Assembly: GCF_009834535.1 (NCBI RefSeq)
Contig: NC_045696.1
Coordinates: 13,766,001 to 13,830,000, forward strand
Direction of reading: 5' to 3'
Source of the DNA: Camelus ferus
Taxonomy: Eukaryota
DNA length: 64,000 nt
In this document: positions 25,151-38,155 of the stretch, piece by piece
How the letters are laid out: the number at the start of each line of letters is the position of its first letter
How positions within the stretch are numbered: position 1 is the stretch's first letter
Notes under the pieces: model-generated
Seen by the model: the letters and a program-made list of their open reading frames with translations, nothing else
Databases searched by the model: none
Told to the model about the DNA's origin: nothing
Position numbers and translations under genes: made by a program

Positions 25151-26829
25151 GTCAAGCTCTTTTAGTGGAATTTGTCATGTAGCTCAAGATACAAAATACC
25201 CGGTCTTGGAAATCATTTAAGAACTATTTTTAAGTATTGCCATCAATGTACAAAATTTAAGATAATTCAAAATTCACATGGTGAATTTGAAGCAGAGCTA
25301 ATAGAAAGAAATATCTCCTATTTTCCCTACAACAATATTGCACACTATGATATGGTTGCTTTATACAATAATGGGCTTGGGATCTGATGTATTCCAATTG
25401 GCGTGACTCTCACAGGACTGACTTCTTTCACTGTGGCCATACAATAATGATGATCATTGAAAGGACAATATGAACTCACAGATAAAAGATTATATTGAGA
25501 TTAAACAGGCTGAGTTTCAGATACTCATCCCTGACTTTCTTAGCAGTATTGGAAAAGTAACACAGTCTTATATTTTCATTCCCAAAACACAGACCTAACA
25601 TGTTTTTGGGTATTTGGTTCTAAGTTCATTAAAATACCAAGTATTCTAACATTATTCTTAAAAAAATAAAGACACAAGAAGATTATTAAAGTGCTTGACA
25701 ATTAATAGTCAAATTGATGTCTTCTCTGTAAAACTGCATCCTGGATAACACCTTGATTTATATCTAATACTGTGAGTGCAGAATTTATTAGTCTTAGCTC
25801 TAGAGAAAAGGCTGCTGCCTACTGAAAAATTATGGTGTCTTTTTGGAGCCCAGGGACATTTCCTTAAGAAACTCTGCTATCATTGTGGCCATTAAGGTTT
25901 CTAAGTGACATGAAATGAAAATTGAGGTGCCATGGTCTTCTCCTAGTACTTAAATAAAGGGCCATATGTAAATGAGGCTGAATAGCAGATGTGTCTTGTG
26001 TATGGAGGGTCAAGTCAGTCATAGAGTGAAGGTGAGGATATGAGGCAATCAGTAAAATATAGCACTAATCACTATTGAAACCTATCATTTACCAGGTGTT
26101 TAAAAGGAATATAGTATTAATCCTTGTGACATACCTCCAAGATAGGTATTATTATCATTTCTTCCCAGGTTAAGGAACTGAGGTCCACAGAGATTAAGAA
26201 CAATACGTGGCAGAGTTGGAACACCAACTTGAGTCTTTCTTCCTCCAAAGTCCACACTCTCTGACTCCAGTATGCTCAGTCTTCAACCCCAGTTCATTAC
26301 AAGAAAGCAATCTAAGTGGAATTTTTTTTTAAAGAATACAACACATTCAACTAATGCACCATGTCTTAGATAAAGAATGAAATAATTAAAAGTACTTTCA
26401 AGAAGTATTTAAGAAAAATCTCTAAAACGTATTTGAGTTTTAGATTATGGTCAAATTTGGAGGAAAGAAAAAGGAAAAAAAATCTGTTGGTGGAGTAAAG
26501 CATTTTAAAAAAATACAAATATCGAGAAAAACGGGGAGAAAATGAGAGATTCTGAGACTAGAGATCACAAAAATACAGACAAGAGAGAAGAAGTGAAACA
26601 AGAAGTAGAGGATGCAGATCAGGAAGGCACACAGAGACCTGAAGAAGGCAGGTACGGAGTTTGCCCAGCACTGTCCCGCCATGTTCTAACGTGGCTTCCT
26701 GTACTGAAGAGCTGGAGGGTAAAAAAATATATCTTACCCACTTTTTTCGGGTCATTCTTCACATTATTTACATGTCCAAAAATTAAATGTACTTGCATGA
26801 AATTCCTTTGGGCTCTGAGTTACGTAAGA

Positions 26830-27122
26830 AGAGAGTGGATGACTGCAGCATATCCATTTTGTTGGCACTGTTATGAGGAGATATGTTTCTGGGGCCAGTA
26901 ACTGTGGTGGTACCACGGAAAGAAGCTTCTAGATACTTACAGTTTTCCATCATGGCAAGAGTGGCACCTTGTCATTTGGGGAATCATTCTTAAAGTCCCA
27001 GGCTATAGTCTGTTCACTCTTCCAAACAATTCTATGAGCTGTCTATCTCTTTGGAAATACTCCTCTCCAAACTCTAACTAGAGGGGATGTGTGAGTGCCA
27101 ATCATGAATTCTGACTAATGCA
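26830..27122 (+). mobile_element. ERVL LTR remnant (LTR33-like)
   Basis: 'ccaaacaattctatgagctg...aactagagggg...ttctgactaatgca' resembles the LTR33 3' end. Confidence 0.55.
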
Positions 27123-27444
27123 GAAGGACAGAGTTGAGTTGGGTGAGCTAAAAGGGAGACAGACCCCTTAGTTTTCAATATTAGTGTTGTTGAGCAGGGC
27201 TGTGAACTTGTTTTCCACTCAGTTTTGAAATGTTGACAGATTAATCTCTGTTCACAGGGGCTCTTTTAAACTCTCAGTGGGTCCACTTTGAACATAATGC
27301 TCACACCCGATTAGTGGAAAAATTCATTAAGATCCATCAGTGAGGGTCACATCTTAGCCACATAAAATTAAGCCAATGTGCCAAAGGTTCCTGATTCCTG
27401 GTGGACATTTAAATATCATTAATAGTTTTATTTTGGTTTTAGTT

Positions 27445-27732
27445 TTATTTTTTATTAAAGTGTAGTTGGTTTATAATGTTACTTTCAAGTGTACAGCAAA
27501 GTGATTCAGTTATACATATATATCTTTTTTCTCTTCAGATTCTTTTCCATTGTAGGCCATTTCAAGAAATTGAATATAGTTCTCTGTGCTATACAGTGGG
27601 TCTTTGTTTTTTTAATTTTATTATTTCAGTAAAGTGTAGTTGATTTACAATGTTAATTTCAGGTGTACAGCAAAGCGATTCAGTTATATGTATGTATATA
27701 TATACATTTTCTTTTCAGATACTTTTCCAGTA
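27445..27732 (-). mobile_element. Two tandem L1 3'-end fragments
   Basis: 'taaagtgtagttg.ttta.aatgtta.tttca.gtgtacagcaaag.gattcagttata' occurs at 27456 and again at 27630. Confidence 0.8.
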
Positions 27733-29699
27733 TCTTTTTTTTTTTAAAGATTATTACAAAATCAACCGGTTTTACTGGGAATAGAGTATCATAAAGAAGT
27801 GTGGCTGAGAATAGCACGCGAATTGAAATGCAGAGTTAGTTAAAATATGTGGGAAAGAGCTAAGTGCAATCAGAGGTAAAAAACAATCAGTTTATGCCAG
27901 AGGTGGAGGAAAGAAGAATGACTTTTACCAATATGTCAAGAAATAGAAGTACTCAAAAGGAGATAGGCCCATAATAAATGACTGGATAAAATGAACATGG
28001 CATATGTAACCAAATTACTACAGGTCCATTAAAAGAAAAATAAACAAAGAAAGCTGAGAAATGCACTGAAGTTAAGGACTGAGAAGAGCTGCTCTTTCTA
28101 AGTGAGAAAGAAAAGGAGAATTCTGAGCAAATGTTCATATAGAAACTCAAGTGCCTCAAGTTAATTCAGCGTGTTCTTCTCTCAAGCATTTTACTTAAAA
28201 AAAAAAAATTTACATGTCCCAAGTCTCCAGTTTCTTAGAGGAAGTGGCAATTTCAGATGCTCAGTTACTTCATGGAAGGGGATCAAAGTAGATTCCAAAT
28301 GGAAAAATCAAGATCATGTTGAAGACACCCACGTTTCTTTGCATCTGTAACTGTGACAATGGCTTCTGACATGGGAGAGGATTTGTCTCCAGGAACATTA
28401 AACAGTAACAAAGAGAGCAAAAGCAAGATTCCACCCTTGGTGTGGTACAGAGACTTCCTGTGAAAGTCAATAGGCCTTGAAAGGGGGTTAATATGTCATA
28501 GAATTTGGCTGTATGGCTTTTATGGTATATGAATATATTTAATTGGAGAGAGACTGATGGTGGTAGGGAGGGTGAGGAATGAGGAAGGGAACATGCTGCT
28601 TGCAAAAGGGCACACTTCTCAGCTTAGGACTTTTCATGACTATGTGACTTTTTCCCAGGGCTATTTTCTTGGGCAGAATCTTCATTCATTTCACCCTCTT
28701 GGAAACGAAACTGTATTATGCACACTAAAATTAAACTCAGTTTTCCCAAGAAGATGGTTAATAAGATGTTGTTTAAATTGTCATCACTCTGTGCAAGTGT
28801 GGAGATGATGTTATTCTTGTGTCCAAGAAGAAAGGAGACTTTTCCCAGCAGAGGGACTTCAACCATCTCAGCCCCCTTCTCCCTAATGGGGGAACAGACA
28901 AATATTGATTCCTGTAGAGAACATTGAAAAGTAGGTCCAGTTTAAAATGTCATGTAGCAACCCATACGCTAGATGAGATATCAGGATGGAGAATTGTTCC
29001 CATCTTCATCTCCCAGTTAATAAAGATTTGAGCAAATGTGGAAGCCAAGGCCAAAATTTAGCAACAAGGATCCTGAAGATCATAGCAGAAACTCCTGAGT
29101 GATTAAGTGAAACCAGAACATGTGAGATTCAGCCTAGGGAAGGCTTGCTTGAGTACACCAGCTCCTTAGAAAGGAGGAAGTGAGAGGAGTTCCATGTTCC
29201 TCTGGGTATCCTTTATAGAGCTATATTCTATGTAAATATGTAAACTATATAAGTTTTATTGCAGATAGGAATACAGTAAGCCACCATTTGACTGGGGTAA
29301 GCAGTAGGGTTGAGGCTCCATATCCTCACGGTCTTGAACTTTGCCCATGTCTTTCCTACAGGTACAATCTTTGTTGAGTCATCTCCATTTGCTTTCTAGA
29401 AAATAAATGTGTTTCCTCTAAAATACTGGAAATGTAGGCTGGAAACATACAATTTTGTTGTTCCATCATTGTAATCTAAACAGTGTGTTTCCGTAACTTG
29501 TTAAATCTGATGCCTCAATTTTCCCCTTGGAATCCCCACCCTTGTTTGACTATAAGAATAGCACTGAATTATTTTTATGAAGGAGAGTATTTTTTTAACG
29601 AAGTCTTTGGAAAAAAATCTATCTGTTAATGAAAAACAGATGCCTTTTTTTTTTTTTTTTTTACTATTACTGCTCTTACTACTGCTCATTGCCAACCAC

Positions 29700-29905
29700 T
29701 AGTTTTTATTAAGGACTTATTTTGTGCTGGTGACTGTAGGCCATCATGTACATTATCACAGCTGATCCACTTGGTTAGTTTTTTAAATTTTTATCTCCCT
29801 TTACGTATGAGAAAACTGAAGCCTAGTGAATTTAAGCAACTTGCTTATGGGTACGCAGCTTGCAAGAGATGTGCGCGGATTTGAATCCAGGAAATCATTC
29901 CTTTC
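29700..29905 (-). mobile_element. MIR (representative copy; others near 110-230, 9330, 17060, 18540, 26060, 30060, 32090, 57905, 58430, 63290)
   Basis: MIR core 'atgagaaaactgaagcctagtgaatttaagcaacttgc...ggatttgaatccagg'. Confidence 0.7.
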
Positions 29906-32144
29906 ATGACCTACTTTGTTCTTCCAGAGGAAGCGGTAACTTACAAGTGTTCAGAGGCATTGTTGTTAATGTTATTATTGTGTATGTTGTGTTTATATTA
30001 TTGTTAATGACATATCCTGAACCACACTTTCACATTTTAATAGATAGATATATAGATGTAACTTCATATAGATGTATTTTAGGCTTATGGAGGACTGTAA
30101 ACATCCCATTTCATCCTCATAATATCTATTAGGGGAGATATGGTAGGCTTTATCATCTAAAATTTATGAATGGGGGAATTGAAACTGAAAGGTATTATAT
30201 AATTTGTCTAAAAATCACACAGCTAATGATAAACAGCAAGGCTTGTGTCTTCTAACTTAATTTTTTTCCAACCCACACGGTTCACCCAAAGTATTGTCAG
30301 CCGATCAAGTTATGTTCACCTGCCTCAGTCCCAAAGTGCTAACCTCATGAGAGATTTTTAAATCATGAAACACTTTAAAATAATCAACTAGTATTTATAA
30401 ACTAGTGAGCACTAACCACCTGCAGGGAGGAATTTGAGGCATTTGTCTTAAACACAGGAATGATCAGGTCATTTGCTATCAATTTCGTCCCTCTGATGAC
30501 AGGGGCGTTTAAAAAACAGAATGTTTCAAATGTTTATTCAAGGTATAAAGAAGATTGATCTGTCTACATTCCATCACATTTGTCAAGAGAGATTATGACC
30601 TGACTTTTGCAAATCGGGGTCATTGATAAAATGGAGGAAGTAATCGATATGAAAAATATTCTTCATGTTTGTGCCGTCAAGCATCACAAGTTCACGGTTT
30701 TACTTCTCAAAATGAGCTTGCACATATGGCGAGAAATACACAGTGGTATGCTGAGGGGTGGGGAGCAGGGAGGAGAGGAAAAGACAGGATACATGAGTAT
30801 TGGGGGAACAACAGGAAATATCTTCCTAAATTATCAGCTCTCTCCGAGATTTGGAAGAAATCAAATTAAGTGACTTAATTGGTGATTTTAAATACCAGCT
30901 GATATATTGCAACAAATAGATAACATGATAGAAAATGAAAAATACTGCAGTAATTAAAACACATTAACACAGGAGATTTCTGAGATCTCATTACTTCAGC
31001 TGAGGCTTTGCCTATGAATTCATCTTCATTCTTTCAAAGGCATGCCTTTGGTTTTTGAAGATATCCCTAGAGAAGCTGAGAAGCACTGATTTAGGGGGAA
31101 TAAGGGAAAATTAAAAGTAGAATATGGAGCTTCGTGCATTTTTTTTCCTCCTACTGAAGTCACTGGACCAGGGCATGGAAATTGCTGGGGAAATTTAACA
31201 AGCAGCTGCCTCTTATAGGAATCTGGTTCTTGCCATCCCTTCTGAGACTCGTAATTGGACTCCCAATGACTTCAAAATGTTTTGCCTTTTTAGCTAATAT
31301 TACAGGAATCTGAAGACACTGCATTTAAAACTGGAAGGAGAAAAGGAATGCTCACCATTGATTTATTTGTGAATTTCAGATTTTCAGAACCCAACCAGAT
31401 AGAGCAGATGACAGAGCTTGACGCATTACACACTACTTAACTACCGAAGCTCGGTGGATTCACGGTTTTTGAGAATTGGCACAATCATTTTGTGGACCCA
31501 AAGCCTCACCTTCAGAAAAGATTCACAGTCTCTCATCCATGTACACCGAAGAGCATATCTGAATTATGAAGCATCTGCATCCGTCTGTTTCTAAAGTAAC
31601 CAAGCAGATAGCCAGTTTTGACCAAGACGATAAAGCACTGTAGAATATTCAGGAAATGTAAATGAATTACAAAACTCTCCTGAAACTTGAGACAGTGTTT
31701 TCTCTCCAGGTGGCTGCAGGAGAGCATGTTGCCTTCTATGTGGAAAATAAGAATCTCTGCCAGTGGCGTACATCTCAGCCAAAGTGATCTAGACCCAGAT
31801 CAAATGCACGTTGAGGGTCTCCAAAACCACTCCAGTAAATATTAGTATCTCTGACTTGATCAGCAATAAATTGTGAGTAGATGAGGCCCCCATGTTTTTA
31901 TATAAATGAAGTTAACTGTATTTGTTTTGAGGCTGACCATACTTTTAACTGAAAAACAAAATCTCTAATTGACCAAATAATAAGATAGTCACATGACTTA
32001 CACAAGTAAGGTTTTCTGATTCACAACACACTGCTGACCTTAGATAGCTACTTTTTATTTTATAGCCTGATGCTGTCTCTGCTAAGAATGGAAGAACTAA
32101 ATTACGAAGCCCCTATTGTATGGCAAATACTTTCCAAAAACCAC

Positions 32145-32232
32145 TTTTTTAAACGGAGGTACTGAGGATTGAACCCGGGACCTCCTGATACTAAGAACGC
32201 ACTCTACCACTGAGCTCTATCCCTCTCCCCCC
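32145..32232 (-). mobile_element. tRNA-Ala-derived SINE (Vic-1-like), short form, in a MIR
   Basis: The reverse complement reads 'ggggagagggatagagctcagtggtagagtgcg...ccgggttcaatcctcagtacctcc' plus an A tail. Imperfect TSD ccaaaa(a)c(c)actttt. Confidence 0.85.
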
Positions 32233-32456
32233 AAAACACTTTTGTTCAACTAATCATCACATCAATATCAAGAGGTAAATAGTGTAATTGTCACTTAAAA
32301 GGTGAGAAAACTGAGACTAAGTTTAAGTAGCCTAATTTAATACTGCAGGAAACAGGTGATTTCAATGGAGACTTGACTGCTAACTCAGAGTCATCTTTTT
32401 CTATGTCTCTTCAACGAAATGAAACTCAAATCTGTGGTGCCTAAAATACAAGTTCA

Positions 32457-32694
32457 GCGGGTGGGAAGGGATAAACTGGGAGCTCGAGATTTGCAGATAC
32501 TGACTGGTATATATAAAATAGATAAACAAGTTTACACTGTATAGCACAGGGAACTATATTCTATATCTTGTAGTAGCTTATGGTAAAAAAGAATATGAAA
32601 ATGAATATATGTATGTTCATGTGTGACTGAAGCATTGTGCTATACACCAGAAATTGACACAACATTGTAAACTGACTATATTTCAATAAAAAAA
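32457..32694 (+). mobile_element. L1 3'-end fragment with TSD
   Basis: 'gggataaactgggag...ctgtatagcacagggaactatatt...aaactgactatatttcaataaaaaaaa'. TSD aagttca at 32450-32456 and 32695-32701. Confidence 0.88.
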
Positions 32695-34204
32695 AAGTTC
32701 AAGGGCAAAGCTCTCTCATTCACAGTCCAACTGCATCTAGTAGTCATATTTAGTATACAATTCTGTTCAATCCACAGTATGTGAGTGCTCAATAAATGCA
32801 CCTGGTTATAAAAGTTTATCATATGAAAGTATAAAATACTTAGATTATGCACGTCTTAGATTGTAGGGGTTGAATATCCTCACATGCAAATACCTAGCAG
32901 CCAACCGTGCTGCGTAAGTACTCTCTCAAATAAGAGAAAAGGAGATGTTGCCGTGAAGAAATTTTCATAGATGACTGCATACTCTTTGTGAGCACTAGTA
33001 CTTATTTTCTGAGCTCCCAATTAAGCTCTATTTATCAGAGTTCCCTTAACTACAAAGATAAATTCTAAAACTAACTGCCTTAATTATAACTAGTTGATTC
33101 TAATAATTGTTAGGCTATATGTATATCTCTGTCTTTATTTAATAAATACAAAATTTGTGTCCAGGAGTGTACCCTTATTACCTACCTTGTTGCACTTAAT
33201 GAAATAATAATAGTCATAATAATAATAAAAAATACATACAAACAAAAGGGAGATGTCAGTTCTGAAAGAACATTTTCAAGATCACATACTAAACATGTGT
33301 TCAGAAAACAGCTTCAAAGAAAATATAATGGTGGTTAAATATTCATACTTTGTTCCTGTCTACTATAATTCCTTTCATTTTTTCCTATAATTAACTAGTG
33401 ATGCCTGCCCTGCTCAATTATTATAAAGCTTCTCCTTAATGGAAGCACTTTACTTTTAAGCCACATTAAGAAGAGGCATTTTCATAATAGGTTTTTGTAT
33501 TATGTAGCAAGTCATTAAATATACCTTATTCCTCACCTTACTTTTTGCTCAGAACAGTAATTCATTTGTCAAACCATAACATATAAAGATGACTTTGAAT
33601 GAAAAAAAACCTAAAGGAAAACTGAGAATTAGAGATTATTACAAAAATTAATATATGTATTTGGTTTAACTAAGTAGAATCTACAAATTTGTTGTAGACT
33701 ATTATGGCCATGGGAGACACCCTCAGAGTTTAAATGCTTAACAGGTATCCTACTAAGAGTTTATTCATTTGTTTATTCTCTTAATTTCTACCTGCAGAGA
33801 AGACAAATTGATATTTTTATTTAAGTGATTCTTGAGGAGTAGGGCCCAATAAAAAGCAAAGAGGTCACTGATTGGCACAGACATGCAAATTCACACATTC
33901 GTCTATAGCATCTACTAACCCTGCTGTATCCTTCCAAATATAAAAGAAATATACATACAAATTACCTTATGTAAGTCATTTTAAACTAAAACCAAGTAGA
34001 TTATGATAGTGAATTACTTAATTACCATGTTCAGTTTGCTAAAGCTGTCCTCAACAAATAGACCATTGCATTCAATAAAATTATAGTGAATACTTATTGC
34101 TCTTTGATCTTTTTAGGTAAAATTAAAATATTGAATTGACTTATTAACTTACGCTTGTTCAAAAATTTGCTGTTTGCTGGCCCATTTAAAATACTGTACT
34201 TCTA

Positions 34205-34355
34205 CATTTTTTATTGTCACAGCTGGGAAGGTGTTATTGGCATCCAGTGTGTAGAGGCCACAGATGCTAAAAATCCTATGGTGCCCAGGACCACCCCCAC
34301 AACAGAGAATTATCCAACCCAAAATGTCAATAATGATGAGGCTGAGAAACCTCAC
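34205..34355. mobile_element. MER20 (hAT-Charlie) fragment
   Basis: 'ggcatccagtgtgtagaggccacagatgcta...acaacagagaattatccaacccaaaatgtcaataatgatgaggctgagaaacc' matches the recalled MER20 consensus. Confidence 0.8.
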
Positions 34356-34989
34356 TTTAAGATGTAAATAGTATCTACCCCTTTCATCACAGCATTGTTA
34401 CGGGGCTCAAATATAGGTGAAGACAAGAAATGGCCTTCCATATCTGATATTAATACTGGTAATGCATATGGACACCCACACTGAGTCTTGAAAGGAAAAT
34501 GGTTTTATTCTCCTAGATTAAAAAAGTACTGCACTTCTTTGAATGACCCCAAATATCTGTTTGTAAGTCACCCTATAGATTTGGGATGGAAAATATATGT
34601 CATCCATGATGTGGCCCTTTTCCTTCCTACACACATAGTTTGTTGCCAGACGATTTTACTTACTAACCCCAGATTTGGCCATAGAACTCTTTTCAAAAAA
34701 ATTCTATGGGCAGCAGTTGCTTTGTGTTCTAAAATCGAATTGCCATCCCCGATCTAAACTGCACAAAACTAAGACAGCTGAGAACTGCCTTTCACAGTTA
34801 GCCAGTCCGGCTGCAGGATGAGTTAGAGGAGGTGCCTGTCAGTCATGCTCTTAGCTGGGGAGCACTTGTGAACTTGAAGCAGGGCCCAGTAAATACCAAA
34901 TGGTGAATTTATTGGGGTATGCCCAAAAGGTCCCAAGTTTAGCCCTGAAAAGTAAAACTGAATTATGCTCAATGAAAAAAGAAGCCTAT

Positions 34990-35235
34990 TTATTTATTTA
35001 TTTTTATTGAAGTACAGTCAGTTACAATGTGTCAGTTTCTGCTGTACAGCACAATGTCCCAGTCATGCATATACATACATATATTCATTTTCATATTCTT
35101 TTTCATTACAGGTTATTGCAAGGTATTGAATATAGTTCCCCATGCTATACAGAAGAAATTAGTTTTTTATCTGTTTTTATGTATAGTGGTTAACATTTGC
35201 AAATCTCAAACTCCCAAATTTATCCCTTCCCACTA
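34990..35235 (-). mobile_element. L1 3'-end fragment
   Basis: (TTTA)n followed by 'ttgaagtacagtcagttacaatgtgtc...caaactcccaaatttatcccttccc'. Confidence 0.85.
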
Positions 35236-37479
35236 CTGATTTATTTTTTAATCTTAACACTGCCCTCAGGATCCTCTACATCACCGCCCCCACAGGTCAG
35301 GTGTATCAGTATTTCTGGTCATAACTATCATTTATTTAAAACATCTGTTCTCTTCTCAGCATACTGATCAGTTCATTTTCATGAATTATCAAAAATATTA
35401 CAAGGGAATAGCTCTCACTTACCTCTAGTTATTTGAATAATTGTTATCTTTAACCTGGGTCTAATTTCCATCTATTTCATCATATTTATATTTTAAAGGT
35501 ACCATGCTTCATGGACAGAGAGTCACAACTCTCACCTTCCAGGGCTAAAGAATCCATCTGTTCATAGGACGTTCTGTCCTCAAATATGGGTTAGCAACTG
35601 ACCTACGCAGACTAACCTGATCTTAAGGAAAAGAGAATGCTTATAAGTTTAGGTCACCTGTCTCTGCTTTCATATGCCATGTTAAAGCATATGAAAACCA
35701 AATAAAGAAGAATGCAGGAGCATTGATTCATTTTTAATTAATAGTCACTAACAATTAAGTTAGCCAAGTTATGCTTCTCTCAGCTTGTTTCCAGAGTCCA
35801 TTATGTTAAATCACATCTTGAAAATGATAAATTACACTCTGAAGTTGTGTAAGAATAGAGGAAGGTAGAGCAGATGGATTCTAAAAATGATTCCAAATTA
35901 TAATCTATGGCTATTTTACTTGGTTTCTCATACTACTTACCCACTTGAAAAAAAATTTAAAAATTAAAATAAAAAATTGGTTTTGCCCATTGCTAAACCA
36001 TTCCACGTTGCAGGAACGGGGCAGGTGGCATCAGCTAATGAGTGAGGGCACTTTGTTGTTCCACTTGTCAACACTGACGTCCCCCAGAGGGGACTTTCTT
36101 TTTTCCTTTTTTTAAGCCAGGTACTTAATTATATCCTCACAATCATTTAGCCTTGTGAATTCATATCAAAACAACACAACAGCAGGGATTTTTCCTTATA
36201 TTCAGCAAGTGATTGGACAGAGTCAGTTGATGGGATACCAGCCAGCTGAGTGGCCTCTCACATTTCACTAACGTCAAATGACTTGCTTCTGACCTGGAAT
36301 GTGATTTTGGTGCATCGAGTCAACCAACTTTGCTCACAGGAAACAAATGCACAAGTTTCCTGAAAAATGAATCAACCTTCAGTTCCTTCCAATGGGTGCG
36401 GTTTTCTGAGTACATTCATTTTGTCAGGTAGGAGGCCAAAGGTAATAACTGGCTGTTGTGGAAAGAGCACATACTTACAAAATAAACGTAAGCTCTTGCA
36501 TTAATTCTCATGTAATAAAAACCTCAATCCAGGCTCTGTCTGGATTGAGTGCTGATGGTACAAGGCGACCGCAAGAAACACATGAGCATCCACTTAGTGT
36601 CTTGAATGAGATTTTGTTTCCTTTATCCTCTCAGTAAACCTGTGATGTAACAGGATGCCCTGGTTAGACTGGGTCCCAGTTATGCTGACATCTTCATGTC
36701 CAGCAGCGGGAGAATTGTCTTTTAAATTTACTAGAACGGGAGTTGTGCTTTAAATATTAAAAATGCTTTTCTGAAAATGGAGGCTAGAATTTACCTTTGA
36801 GAGTAGATTGCACCTTTATTTTGGAGGGGGGGGGAGGCAATAAAACTTTACTAGGAATTTAAGTTAGATTAAAGTAAAGATTCTATTGTGAAACTGAGAT
36901 TCCAGAAACAGAGGTATGGAAACGCTCAGCATAATGATGAAAAAAGTTATCTTTTTAATGCATGAGGTTGGGTTTTCCAAAATTGTGTTTCCTCTCTTAA
37001 AAACTGTCCTTTGCCTGTAGTTTTGGGGAGAGTTAGGACCTAACTTTGAATAGAAGAGGGATGCTCAAGGTGTGTCCCTGGTAGGAAGGAGAGCCAGGAG
37101 ATTCCTGGAGGGCAGGACACGTGGACTCTGGGACCTGCTATTTTGTTGATTGCTTTGAAATTCCTATGTGATATCCAAACATGCACACACTCTGTTCTTA
37201 GTTGTTTACAGAGGATATCATATTGCACATCCCTGTACTTAGGAGGGATGTGTGTGTTTGTGTATGTGTGTGTGTGTGTACTGTGGGTCTGCGTCTGTTT
37301 GGAGGAAGTTGAGTAGAGATTATGGAAGTAGCCTTAAGAAAAGCTGAATTCCATTATGAAGCTAGTGGAGGTGGCAGTGATCTTTGATACAGACTAGAAT
37401 TTCTGGAGTCCAGTAGGGCTCCCAGACTATTGAAATTTAGGCTTGAAAGAGATATCTGATTCCCCAAAGCATAATATCT

Positions 37480-38115
37480 CCCTCAAGACATTTGTCAGTT
37501 TATAAGAGGGGTGGAAAGAAAGGCTGAGAAGTACAAGCTAAAGCTAGTGCTAAAGCTAGTACTAAAAGGCAAAAATCCTGAGTAGAGATCATGATCGTCT
37601 TTGGGATTGGAAGATCCAATGGTATTCAGTGCTACCAAAGTGGCCAGTAACTGGGAACCCAAGATCTTGGAGGGAAAAGAAGAACAGAGAAGTAAGCCCA
37701 ACAGCTGACCATCCAGAAGGGGCTCAGGCCAAGAAATGGAGAAACTCAGCAACAAAGCTCCTTCTAAGAGGCTGAAAAACAATACAGAGATGTTAATAGT
37801 TCTCAACATTGGACAGCTAAAAGTTGAATTTCCCTGTGGACGGCTCTTGGTAAATAAGCCAGGCTTTCAGTTGGTATCCTTGAAGGATTACATTCTGGAA
37901 GTAAAGATAGAACGTACGTATATCAGATCTTCAAAAGACTAACCCTCCCTGACGTCAGCCTAGAAAATGGAGAGTGCTGTTACCTTGTCTCCATCTACCT
38001 GTCTACCAGAAGCTAAAAGGAATTATCTTGAGAAAGTATCAGCCATGCCAGGCCTCTGCAAAGTCTTGTATTCAATTGCACATACCGCAGGTCCAAGAGA
38101 AGTGACAAAGAGGGG

Positions 38116-38155
<40 letters not shown>

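Noticed and set aside
26542..26901. 119-aa ORF with an acidic N-terminus (MRDSETRDHK...) and a possible CAG|GTACGG donor
   Set aside because: Purine-rich low-complexity sequence with no recognisable homology, and the ORF runs into an LTR33-like remnant.
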